Origin: Amoebophrya sp. A120
Taxonomy: Eukaryota; Protista; Dinoflagellata
NCBI GenBank assembly: GCA_905178155.1
Contig: CAJINV010000004.1
Span: 11,019,655-11,083,654, forward strand
DNA length: 64,000 bases
Direction: 5' to 3'
In this document: positions 38,311-50,400 of the stretch, piece by piece
Position numbering within the stretch: position 1 is the stretch's first letter
How the letters are laid out: every line of letters starts with the position of its first letter
Program-made: the position numbers and the translations under genes
The notes under the pieces: generated by a model
Seen by the model: only the letters and a program-made list of their open reading frames with translations
The model's database searches: none
What the model was told of the DNA's origin: nothing

Positions 38311-41300
38311 CTATCTCGGGTAGTAAAACTGGGTCAGTAAACTCGCAATCTGCAGCGGACGGAGCAAACACCCACGCAGGAAATGCATCACCGTCTCGAC
38401 CGCGTACCGCTCAAAGTAGCTTCCCTCGGGAATGATCGTATTCTTGAAAATCGCCTTGAGCAAATCGATCACGATAGCACAGCCGGTGAGAATCGCCCGG
38501 CCGCGGAGCCAGACCGTACCGCGAACGAGCAAGATTTTCGCTGGTACAACGGTGGGTGTGGGTTCGACAACGTCATGTTGGCTTGCTTCCTTTTCGCTGG
38601 GACGGTAAATCTCATCGGGATCAGGTTCATCATGTCCTTCTTCATCTTGCTTGCCATGTTCCCCCTCTTTGCTATGATGTGTTGGCGTTTTTATCTTGTT
38701 CGCGTCGTCTGTTACTTTTTCCGCCGTTTTAACGCCTTCGCCTTCCTTATTCGCAACATCATCTGCGTCATTGTCGCTCTTCCCTTTGTTCGGATCTGCG
38801 ATGGTGGTAAACGTCACTAGTCGCGCCCCGCAACTATCCAAAAAAAAAAAGTGTCTTACGCGCATCGCTTCACTAAAATTTGACGTGGAGGTCGTGAAGA
38901 AGGAGAGATAAATTGGAACACTCATGAATATTCCTCTTCTGGTTCGTTCTATACACTGACGAGCAACACAGCTTTTTTTTGTGGGATACTATGCGGGGGA
39001 CCGCCAGTGGAGGAAGAGGTTGATGCAGAGGCAGAAATTGATGAACCCCTGCAGGTATGCTGCGCAAAAGTATCTAAGTCGTACTCTAGTTCTAATTGCA
39101 GTACACAAGCGAAATATGCCCCCGCCCCCGGAAATCAGCAATTCTGGGGTGCTTAGGAGGCACCCCATCTGGTGCTTAGGAAGCACCCCATCTGGTGCTT
39201 AAGCGCGTCGCACTAGAGCCGCGCGCTTTATTAGAGTCAACATCTCACGCGTGGCTGAAGAGTCAGCCTGCGCTCAATGAAAAAGAGGAGCGGGGCATCT
39301 CTACTGCCCCAGGCCGAAGGTTCCATCGCCATAGACACACACCCAAACCACCTCGATCGGACCATGGTGACTATGGGGCCTGTATTTTATTACTTAGCTA
39401 GAGCGTTGCGATTCCGAGTCTAGCACTTCTACTGCTCTTCTTTATACTTATTATGCCTGTCTTCGGCAAGAAATTAAATCCTAGTACGAAGCTGGCTCTC
39501 GAGCAAGCTTAAAGCTTTTGGCGCGGTCATGCACAGAAACGAAACCTGGGAAAAGCTCGACGGGCGAGTCCAATTATGGATCGGCGAATGCGGGCGATCC
39601 GGGTGTTACATAGCCACCCGATCTGCCGGAATCCGGCGGCGCAAAAGGAGCCGACTTTGCGGCTGTCGAATCGGGCCTGTAGCATGCGGATTCCTTTTAG
39701 AAAAGCCGCGAGCTTTTGCAGCGCCAGATCCCGGCAGACCGGGCGTTTATGTGACACCCGGATCGGCGGACTTGCCGCATCTGGCGAGTGCAGCGCTCAC
39801 CTTTTGGCGCCTGCATGCAAAAACCCCACATGCGTGCTGCAAAATGTCACAAGTGGAGCGCTCGCATGCCTACGATACCACGGCGCTCAGGGTGTGAAGT
39901 TGGCTCATCGCCGGCATGGATCGTCTTTGCTCCCTGAGCAGATGGCCATCATCCCATGAGCTTGAGGCCGCGCAGCTTACTGCGTTTTTGTGCATCGCAG
40001 CGCCGTGCGTTATATTTTTGCCCTTGGTCGAGAGGTAACAAATGGAACGGGCCAGGAGATTTTGTTCCCGCTAGTCAAGCAAGGCTATTTGCCCGCCTGG
40101 CCGGGACCAGGAGCCTACCTTCTTGCCCCTAGGGCTCGAAGTTCGGGCACCCGCGGTATCAAAGGGGCAGATGGGGTGCTTCCTAAGCACCAGATGGGGT
40201 GCCTCCTAAGCACCCCAGAATTGCTGATTTCCGGGGGCGGGGGCATATTTCGCTTGTGTATGCNCATACACAAGCGAAATATGCCCCCGCCCCCGGAAAT
40301 CAGCAATTCTGGGGTGCTTAGGAGGCACCCCATCTGGTGCTTAGGAAGCACCCCATCTGGTGCTTAAGCGCGTCGCACTAGAGCCGCGCGCTTTATTAGA
40401 GTCAACATCTCACGCGTGGCTGAAGAGTCAGCCTGCGCTCAATGAAAAAGAGGAGCGGGGCATCTCTACTGCCCCAGGCCGAAGGTTCCATCGCCATAGA
40501 CACACACCCAAACCACCTCGATCGGACCATGGTGACTATGGGGCCTGTATTTTATTACTTAGCTAGAGCGTTGCGATTCCGAGTCTAGCACTTCTACTGC
40601 TCTTCTTTATACTTATTATGCCTGTCTTCGGCAAGCAATTAAATCCTAGTCCGAAGCTGGCTCTCGAGCAAGCTTCAAGCTTTTGGCGCGGTCATGCACA
40701 GAAACGAAACCTGGGAAAAGCTCGACGGGCGAGTCCAATTATGGATCGGCGAATGCGGGCGATCCGGGTGTTACATAGCCACCCGATCTGCCGGAATCCG
40801 GCGGCGCAAAAGGAGCCGACTTTGCGGCTGTCGAATCGGGCCTGTAGCATGCGGATTCCTTTTAGAAAAGCCGCGAGCTTTTGCAGCGCCAGATCCCGGC
40901 AGACCGGGCGTTTATGTGACACCCGGATCGGCGGACTTGCCGCATCTGGCGAGTGCAGCGCTCACCTTTTGGCGCCTGCATGCAAAAACCCCACATGCGT
41001 GCTGCAAAATGTCACAAGTGGAGCGCTCGCATGCCTACGATACCACGGCGCTCAGGGTGTGAAGTTGGCTCATCGCCGGCATGGATCGTCTTTGCTCCCT
41101 GAGCAGATGGCCATCATCCCATGAGCTTGAGGCCGCGCAGCTTACTGCGTTTTTGTGCATCGCAGCGCCGTGCGTTATATTTTTGCCCTTGGTCGAGAGG
41201 TAACAAATGGAACGGGCCAGGAGATTTTGTTTCCGCTAGTCAAGCAAGGCTATTTGCCCGCCTGGCCGGGACCAGGAGCCTACCTTCTTGCCCCTAGGGC

Positions 41301-43744
41301 TCGAAGTTCGGGCACCCGCGGTATCAAAGGGGCAGATGGGGTGCTTCCTAAGCACCAGATGGGGTGCCTCCTAAGCACCCCAGAATTGCTGATTTCCGGG
41401 GGCGGGGGCATATTTCGCTTGTGTATGCAGTCATGCATTTACAGACTTACCTTTCTGCCTGAGCCTGACCCTGATCTACTCGCATGCCACACTGGAACAT
41501 TTTTGTACGTTTGGGAAATTTGCATGTGTTGGAGCTGTTTATGCTAGTGCGATTATACTTTTGCAATGCATAGCAGAAAGTGCAGAACCCGGAAGGCGAT
41601 TAGAAAGCTCTGGCTTGCATCGGTGACCAAGGCTGGCGTGAAACAAATCTGAGGAGATTGTCGTTATAATTGCAAGCGAGTTTCTTGACGAAAAATAAAG
41701 GAAGTGTTTTGGTCTCTACCACTACTACTACATCCTCCTACCTAGTTGTAGTACCACGTCACTACAGTGTGATGCACATCACTGGCACACTTCTTTATGC
41801 GTATAGGTGGAGCTGGAACCTTCAAAAACTTATAGAAATAAGCGTTTTCCATACCACCGAGCTATCGTCCAGGGTGTCCGGGTACCCGGCGTGTTGCATG
41901 TCTGCCAGCTTCTTCTCGTGTCGTTCGTCCGAGAGCAACTCAGCGTGGATCCACCGCCTCCCGCAAGCAAACGCGTGCCAGTTCGTCCAGGCCAGACAGA
42001 AATTGGTCACCGAGCGAAACAGGAACTGGTTCACGTCGTTGGTGCGCCATGCGTAGGTCAACGAAAACGCGTTCAAGAACTGGAGAATCAACTTCGGAAC
42101 GAAATGCGGGCGATCTACGCGCACGGTAAACAAGATCGTGGACAGGAGACCCTGCAGAGCCGCGAGAACGCCGCGGGCGAGCATCTGCGGGTGGCCCTCG
42201 CCGTGGGTTCGCGCGGGTATCCCCAGAAAAAAACCCATCCACATCCATTTTTTGCATGACAAACACAGAATTTTGTGTATGTTTTGCATGACAAATTCTT
42301 GGATGTGGATGGATGTTTTTTCCTGGATAGCGGGTGTGAGAATCACGTAGTGCCACCAGAACCGCAGTTTCCATTTTAAGAGGACAAGAAACGGCATTTG
42401 CCTTTGACGATGCTGCTCTGCGTTGTGGTGGTCTTTATTTCCATGATCTTCACGTAGCGATGTTGATGATGGTCTACTCTTGCGCGCTGCAGTCGTCGTG
42501 CTTGGTGTCTGCGTAGCCCGGCCATGACTTTGAGTTCTTGTGTTTGTTGTTGCTGTCTCCTCACCGTTCATCTTCCTCGTCGAATTGTGGTCAACATCTT
42601 GTTCGCAGCTGTTTTTTACACCGAGAGCTGAAGAAGCTGAAGGTGAGGAGGTTTTATTTGCCTTCCCTTTTTCACTCTCGTCCTCACGGTCTCCTGCTTC
42701 GGCGGTCGTTGTATCAGTCTCTCCTGGCGGGGGCACGTTGATCGTGACGTCTTGCAGATCTGCTTCTGCATGCCCTACGTCTAGAAGTTGCTCTTCATGT
42801 CCCGCTATCACAGCAGTCGTCATTCTGCTCCTCATGTTTGCGTCATCATTTTCGTTTTCTTGTTCGCCGAAGCATTGCTCGTCCGGTCTACTACTTCTAC
42901 TCACGGTCGTTGCCTTCCAGAACCGGCTCTCGCGGCTGGACGAGGCTGAAGAGGTCGACGCTCGCGGTTCTGCCCTAGTAGTGCTCTTCCTGCCAACAAC
43001 CGGCGGTAAATCTGCCGGCGCCGCGTAGTTGTAGCGTTCCAGCATTTTCCGATACTCTTCGGCGATGTTGGTCTTGCGCACCATCACCTCGACTTCACCG
43101 TGAAACTGTTCGTCTTCAAACCCCGTGCCGCAGTAGATATCCGCCGCTTCAGACAGACGGGAGCCGCGGACGGCCACGGGTGGCGGATCCTCGTCGTCTT
43201 GCTCATCTTCCGGGTCGTCAAGCTTCTCATTTTCATCTATTGAGCTAGCATCTTTATTTCCATGACCATGATCGTCTTCGCCTGCTTCTGGTTTGGTACT
43301 TGATCTTGAGGAACTTCTAGCTCCGCCTCGTCCACCCGCCGGCCGCTTCTTATCACTCATCAATCTTTTCGTCCCCGCAACGAGTGTTTTTCTGGTTTTG
43401 GCATTGGCAAAGACATTCTCGTCATCTTCGGTGCCACTGTCGTCTTCCGCAATTTGCACGGCTTTCACGAAAGAGACGCTGGCGCGCAGCTTCTTCGCAA
43501 ACGCCGCAGCCTTGGCATCGAGTTCCGCGTTCGTAGCTCCTTGTTTCGTGGCATGCAGTTGACTACTACGGTCGGAGGCGCGGACCCGGTTGGTCGAGCG
43601 CTTGTCATTCGGATCTTTTGATGGCGCGGAAGGTGAAGGCGCAAGAACGGGATCTTCTTCGCGGACCACAGGAGACTGAGGCTGTACTTCATTTGACGTG
43701 CTGGTTCCTGAGAGCAGAGCGCCGTCTTTCTGCGAGGGCAACAT
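38311..43744 (-). CDS. Hypothetical membrane protein: acidic disordered N-terminus and hydrophobic C-terminal segments; multi-exon
   Basis: ORF 41822-43801 (ATG at 43744), exon ~41649-41573, join RVLHFL|QGFINF across 39056-41572, then exon ~38833-38311. Canonical junctions inferred by phase only. Confidence 0.65.
39056..41572. mobile_element. Introner, family F-like, TSD GCAGG/GCAGA, carrying a nested long-TIR element
   Basis: Ends TATGCTGCGCAAAAGTAT / ATACTTTTGCAATGCATA; removal gives in-frame HFLQGF. Confidence 0.85.
39102..41425. mobile_element. Non-autonomous DNA transposon (1159-bp unit, 93-bp perfect TIR, TSD TGCAG); appears twice (39102-40260, 40267-41425) around an N
   Basis: TIR TACACAAGCGAAATATGCCCCCGCCCCCGGAAATC...CCCCATCTG; TGCAG at 39097-39101 and 41426-41430; no transposase ORF recognised. 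Confidence 0.9.
42218..42329. mobile_element. Introner, family E (112 bp), TSD GCGGG; 3n length and stop-free in the host frame
   Basis: TIR TATCC..AGAAAAAA.CCCATCCACATCC; the host ORF reads through it. Confidence 0.9.
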
Positions 43745-43876
43745 GGTTGGGCTGCAACGAACTGTTTTCGACGTGAAGCTTGGGCTTAGACAATGGGACA
43801 CGCCCCAGAGGACAACCAGCGAACCAACTAGTCTGTGAAGAATGGGAGACGTCGCCCCAAGACAAAAAAAACGAAC

Positions 43877-45723
43877 TTACTCCGAAAGCATGGGTCTAGA
43901 TACATGGTGCGCCGAATTCGCGCAGATCTTGCGTGGAACTTGTTCGGCCCGTTTCCGGGAGGGGCAAATCGATAGGAAGGGCCCCGCGCGGCCAGTGAGC
44001 GAGTTTCGAACGCCCTGCCTGCTTAGCCTTCTCAGGCGACAGGCCAGCCCCATCGTGTAACGCGCGTTACACGGTGGCACGCAGCTTCAGTTGCTGGGCA
44101 AACGGGGAATAAAGCAACGAGCTTCAGCGGCCCGCGAGGCAATGACAACAAAGAAAACGCTCCGGGGGGCCACTCGACGCCAGGGCCCGGTCCATCCACG
44201 CCGCTTGCCTGCCGGGGGGGAAAAGGAGCTGCGCCGAACACCCAGACCGGCTCCAATGCCAAAGCGCGGAACACCGCATCCCTGTACCCACAATCCGCGC
44301 GAAAAAATGCCGGGGCGCCAATGTGGCCGGCCGACAAGGCTCGCTGCGGGGCTGTCTGGCCGAGCCCTCGCAGCGCGCCGCCCCCAAGAGCACGCCGCTG
44401 GCATGCAGCGGCAAAAATCGGCGCGCTCGATCCGACATAGCACTCCTGCCAGCAACAGGGCTCGAACCATGCCCGCGGCCCCCATGGTGGGGCTCGCTTG
44501 CTCCGAATATACTTCCCAAAGGGCTTGCTGGGGGGGGGGCGCTTGCGCGGGAACATGTTATGTAGCGAATTGCCCTGGGGCTTGTTCGAGAACTTGCTGC
44601 GGGACTTGCTCCAGCGCTCCAACTCTTCCCGGAACTTGCAAGCCTCAGAACTTGGCGCAGAACTTGGCTAAGAACTTGTCGCCGAACTCGTGTGCCCCAG
44701 AACTTGTCTCAGAACTTGTCTCAGAACTTGTTCAGGAACTTGCCAAGCTGGTTTTCGGGAACCGGAAAAAAGAAGGGGAAAAAACGGCCGTGCCGTCGTG
44801 GTACGGGACAAAAAGGTGGGCCAAAAAAGGGCACAAAATCAAGTTCCTGGCAAGTTCCTGGCAAGTTCTGAGACAAGTTCTGAGCCAAGTTCTGGAACAA
44901 GTTCTGAGACAAGTTCTGAGACAAGTTCTGGAACAAATTCTGGAACAAGTTCTGGATCAAGTTTGTTCGGGCGCAAGTTCTGGCGCATGAGAGCCGTGGC
45001 CGGTTTTCTTGGGTAATAGGGCGCCAGGCTGCAACCGCGGCGCCTCATCTACAACCGCCCAAACCGAGCCACGCAGCTGGAAGCTGCCTTGCTCTGGTGG
45101 GCCTCTGGCACGCCTGTGGAGCCGTTAGCCACCCCGCCCGGCCTTAACTCCCAGGCGTAGCACAGTGCGCCCGAAGCTGCGAAAACAACCAAACACATTT
45201 CCGTCGTGGCTAACTTTACTCACGATGGTGCCATGGACAGGCCAAAAGCAGGGCTCTCTCCCCTGGTTAGGCCGGCAAGCGATAAGGCAAACAAGCAGAG
45301 CGCCATCGTGTAACGTACGTTACACGATGGTGCTGCAGCAACTTCTTTGGGAAGTGCGCAGATCGCGCGCATGTGGCCAACGAAATGCCAAGGAAACCAA
45401 AGGCGCAAGCGGACGGCCCCGGCAGCCTGCCTACAAGACTTGGCGCGGGCAACTACAGATGAGGAGGGGCGCGCGGCGCGGACACACAGAGGCCCCTCGG
45501 CGCAAAACGGCGCGCCGGCTAGCAGTCGCAGGCGTAACGGGAAGTCTCAACGCGAAAGCCCGCGTCACTTTCGCGGAGTGCTGCATCATCGGGATCATCA
45601 TCATATTTGAAAGACCGCCGGCAGCCTCTAATATTCTAGACAAGAAACACGCGTAGCCGAGTTTTTCGCAAGTTCTCCACGGGTTCGGCAACCCGGACCC
45701 TACGACCCCCGCTTTCGGAGTAA
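43877..45723. mobile_element. Non-autonomous DNA transposon (1847 bp), 13-bp perfect TIR TTACTCCGAAAGC, 8-bp TSD AAACGAAC
   Basis: TSD at 43869-43876 and 45724-45731; GC-rich interior with no recognisable coding content; internal inverted 12-mer arrays and two 28-bp palindromes. Confidence 0.85.
44590..44985. repeat. Two oppositely oriented 12-bp-period arrays: ~11 x AGAACTTG then ~13 x CAAGTTCT
   Basis: Seen directly at ~44590-44743 and ~44840-44982 with a ~95-bp spacer. Confidence 0.9.
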
Positions 45724-47470
45724 AAACGAACAAAAAACAAAAAGTAGCACAGTGCGGCGTGATCGCTCAGGCAGTTGTGGAACATATGACGAACCGTGCC
45801 GCTTAGTGAAGTACTCTGCGTGTGCGACTCCTTTTACACAGCCACTCGACTCACCATCACCATCAGATCAGATCAGATAGTTTTTTGTAAATACTCATAA
45901 AGAGCAAGTTTACAAATGCTCGCTCGAAAGCGGCGGTAGGGACGTTGTGTAACTAGAAAAAAGCGATAATGGAAAAAAAATTTTTTTAAAAAGGCTTCTG
46001 CGCTTGCTTTTTGACTTTGGCCTAAGTCGCTCGCACGCTGCTACTACAGAAGCAGCCTGGTAAAGCTTGAGGAAAACCAACGTGAAGACCAGGAGAAGGA
46101 ACAAAATATGGACCACAGACAGTACAGCAGGGGGTGAGCGAAAGTGCAATGTAACACGACGCTCTTCCCGTAGTCCCATGCGTATCTGAATCTGGGTCTG
46201 GTCTCACACCCCTTGCTTAGTCAGGCCATTAGCTAGGCTGATGCTTTTCGTTTTGCTCATTTGTATAAATGTTTCACTTCTCCGTTGAATTTCTCTTTTT
46301 TGCAAGCAAGTTGATGTAACTGAGGTCCGTCGTCATAGCCGGACATGAGTTTTACGGATGTAGACAGGTCAGCAAAATAAAATAACCGTGGCTCAGAAAA
46401 TAAGCACAATTGCGACACATCATGAAGCAGATGGAGATTTCTCTAGTTGCTTATGGCAATAAATATCATTTTCGCGTCGAATCAATTCGGCACTTGAAAG
46501 ACCCAACGAGGAAACACAGCCCTCCCCGGTGCTGTCCGCCTCGAAGTTTCAATTTCTGAGTAAGTACTGTATTCTTTGTCTCGAAGCGGAATTCGCAAAG
46601 GACAGAGAAAGCGATTCTCTCACTCTCACCCCCCCTTCGCTTGTGTTTCTTTTGTTTTAATTTTAGACGTAAACTTTTATTATCGTATTATTTACATTCT
46701 CAGGAGGCACCGCCCCTCCTTTCTCAAAAAGCTAATGCTCTTGAATGTTCCAAACTGAAATGCCACGACTTGAGGAGGTTCTGGTTCAGCCTTAGCCAAA
46801 AAAATCACAGAAAAAGATCGAAAGGAATTGCATTTCATAATCATAAACAGGAAAAAATACGCTTTCATGTGTTAGGCTTGTTCAGAAATATAATTGACAT
46901 TCTTTTTTAGCATTATTGCTGCTGCCAAAAAAGGCTGTAACGCATTGGTATGGAAAAAGGTCATCATCGCGACTAGAATCCGCGCACGAAATACAGTGTC
47001 GGTAAATCAACATCTGCAACCTTCAAAGAAGGGATCAGGTCGGCTTTAGCAACATTTACAACTAGGGCCACCGCATCAAGGCATGGAAAGTGCTGTATCA
47101 AGAAAGATAATAACTTGAAGATTCGAACGTCGGACTGTACTAGTAAAAAACAGTTTACGAGATTTTGTCCAGTTCAAATATGTTAATGATGTAGGCACGA
47201 CCGCCGTCGTGTTGGCATAATTGGCAGAACTTGTTTCAAAATCGCTGAAAGGAGCGACAACGAGAAACTAATAAGCACATCTGTCGATGACATCGACGTC
47301 GACGTTCCATCGACGTTCCGGTAAATATTCCAATGGATACCGCAGGAATAAATGCGCATTCGGACATCGATCCGGAATTCATTTTTGTAACAATCCACCT
47401 GCAAAAAAGTTATAGTTAAAGATAAAGTTGTTCAGTATATAAGGAGCAGAAGACCTCATCATGCTCAATC

Positions 47471-50400
47471 TCAAAAGCCAATAGCATCCAAAACAGCCGA
47501 ATCGTAATCTGTTAACTGTCCGTGCGAAGAGGGCCCAACCCTCGCTCTCCTGGCTGAGGACGCACGAGAGCTGGCGCTTCGGCTCGCGCTCGAACCGAAG
47601 AAGCGCGACGCCCGCATCCACGATGCCAGTCGCGTCATTACAGAGGACGAAGGGAGAGGGGCTGCCGCGGTTGTATTACTGTTGTTGTAGATCTGCTGTG
47701 ATCGCTCATGACCACCATATTGTGCCGTACTGGTACTATCATCGCGATTCCCTGATTCTGAGGGCATGACGGGCGTTGTCGCGTCCATGTAGTCCACCAC
47801 GCCCGCGCCCCGGTCGTGCGGACCTGTTCCTCGCCCCCGAGATGCTAAATGAGCAGAAGCAATAGCCGCGTGCCACGCGCTGGTATTCTCCGCGGAGTCG
47901 ACCAGGTGAAGTGGTCCACCGCCTCCACCTCTTGCAGCTCTCCCGGCGAGATAGTCGGGTAAGTCCTCGGGGTGAATCAGGTGCGAGTTTGGGTGATGAT
48001 GAACATGGTGCCCGCGATGAAGAGCGTCGTGGAGATGTTCTTCTTCACACCCTCTTTGTAGCAGCTCGTCCCCTTGTTCACCATGGTACACATACGGCGC
48101 CGCCGCGCCCTGCAAATCTGCCGGGTGGGGCTCGTTGTAGTACTGTCCACTACGGCGCATTCTCTCCTCCAGCATGTGCCGCTGGTTCGCAAACTCAACC
48201 GCGGTAAGGCGATCCCGTTGGGAGATGATCCCAGGACCAACCCAGGGCGGCAGGATTTCTGACGTGGACTGCAGATCATCGGAAAGCTCTGACAGGCTGG
48301 ACGGACTGCGAGGGAAGAAGTTGCCCGCCCTATGTTGATGTCCAGATCCAGATGCTCGTCCACCGCCCGACTCGCTGTCCTGATCTGCAGAGCTACCGGG
48401 TCCCCGTAGGGAGGAGAGCATGAACTGGTCCGGGGTTGTGTGTGACCGGTGCACCGCGGTCGCATCCGTTCGCTGGTGGTGCGGGGCCGCAACAACATGA
48501 GCTGCTGCCCTGTTGCCGCCCCTAGAGCCACTACTTCCCGCCATCAAATTGCGCTGCGCCGCGAGCAGCATGTCCTGGCGGTTTTTGTAGCGGCGGGAGG
48601 GTCTGCGGGAATGATTCGGCGAGGACCTCGTTGAGGACGGCGTCGATCCAGCAAGTGGCGACCGACTGTAGTGGTGGTTTGGATGGTGCGAGTGATGCTG
48701 ATGATGTCCGACTCCATGTGGGCCAACAGGTCCCCCGTGCTCGTGCTGCGGGTGCATTTGCATTAGCAGGTCGAAGTTCTGCGACGACGTCGACGAAAGT
48801 GTCCTGCCGGTCGAATGCTGGTTGTGGTTCTGCCCGCTGCTTACAACCATTTGGTCATTCGTCAAAAATCCCGGCGCGGCAGAAGAGGAAGAACCCGTTC
48901 CAGGGAGAAGTTCTTGTTGTGCCGATGTTGACGCACCAGCCGCTCCTCCTCCTCCGTGCTGCTCTACTGCTGCACCGGGAACAAGCTGCGGTGGAGATCC
49001 GGGCGATCCGCCAGAGTCGTAAAGCTGCACTTCCATCCCGTTCGGGCTTGTCGGGCTGTCCTCTTCGTCTCCGACGTCCGTCATTGCAGGAGTGCCCTGT
49101 CGCACATACCCGCGCGGCGGCCTACCATGCCCCTGCGAGCTGTGAGACGAGCCGGTCCTGCGGCGGACCACGGGGACCCCGGTCACCTGACAAATCGGCG
49201 CTGCTGTTGTACCCCCCCTGCTTGATGAGCTTGGCGAAGGAGAACTGCCCCCCGCTCCTGCTGCACCTGGTGGACTCCCTACAACGGGACTGGAGCTCGA
49301 GATTGCGATTGGTGCGGGGCTTGTCGCGTCTCCCACATGCTGCACGTGGTCGCGTCGAGCAGCACCGGTAACGGCTGCAACTCCGGCCAGCAGTCCCCCG
49401 CCCGCTCCACGCAGAATTGCAGATGGAGCCCTTTGCCGTGCTGAGGACACCGGCATTCCGGTGGCGATAGGGATCACACCCCCGCCCGCTGCACCTCCAC
49501 GGGAAGACGACCCTCCGAACATCCGGTCGATATCTGCGGGCAGCGGCGCCTGCTCGAGACCGCCGCTGGGCGAACCAGTGCTCCCGCCGGACGCAAACCG
49601 CGAGCGCTCTGTCTCCGCGGAGCGCTGCCGCCTGCTTGGGGAGAGGGACAGCATGGACGACGAACCGCCCTCCGAGGAGTAGGACGAAGAGGTGCGGGAC
49701 TCCCTCTCGGTCAAGTTTGCAGCCTTGGATGTCGCTCCGGAATCTCCGGTGCTGCGGCCGCCGTGACTCAACAACCGGTCGTGCGGATGCGGCCCGGTGT
49801 CGATCGCAAGCGCAGGCCGATCTTTTTCACCAGTTGCACCCCCTGAACGCGCGGCTTTTTGCACCAGCCCACTGGCTGTGCTATTTCTTTGCAGCTTGTG
49901 GTCCTGCTGTTCTTCGTGCGTTGTTTTCATTATCATTTTGTCGGTGGAGGACGCGCTTGCATTACCATCTCTGTTGTCGTGCTTCCTCTTGTCATCTCCT
50001 TCACTGCTGGTACTATCAGTGTAGTTGCAAGTCCCAGGCAGCAAGTGCAGGCTTTGCTCCGGCGGTAGCACAAGAACCTCTTGTATGCTAGGACTGCTCC
50101 CTGTAGAGCCGGAAATTCCTGCAGCTCCACCTCCGGTGGAGGACGCAAAACTACTACCTCCGTGCTGTAAGATTTCCTGCGCTACCGCTTCTCCCTCGGC
50201 ACCCTCCTCGATCGCTGGAAACTGTTGCGAAAACCGATCCCTGATGTGGCGCAACTGCCGGGGACTTAGCGAGACAGACCGGCGCGTGCGGGTGGGATCT
50301 GCCGCGCCAAGCATGATGGCTGCTCTTGTTTTCGCGGTCGTAGGATCATCGCAGTTGTTGGAAGCAGGTGGTGTAGAATTACCGGAGGCGGACGAAGAAC

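Noticed and set aside
39102-41425. Real tandem duplication of the 1.16-kb element
   Set aside because: The copies meet at a single N (40264) with partial flanks (TGC-N-CA) and one TSD pair encloses both; probably overlapping contig ends. Four small differences leave some doubt, and long reads would settle it.
39527-41547. Transposase ORF within the nested element
   Set aside because: Short ORFs (up to 168 aa) with no DDE or other recognisable motif; the longest is broken by a stop in the first copy.
45900-47460. Short ORFs or RNA genes in the intergenic stretch
   Set aside because: AT-richer sequence, short ORFs without coding character, and no tRNA/rRNA signature recognised.
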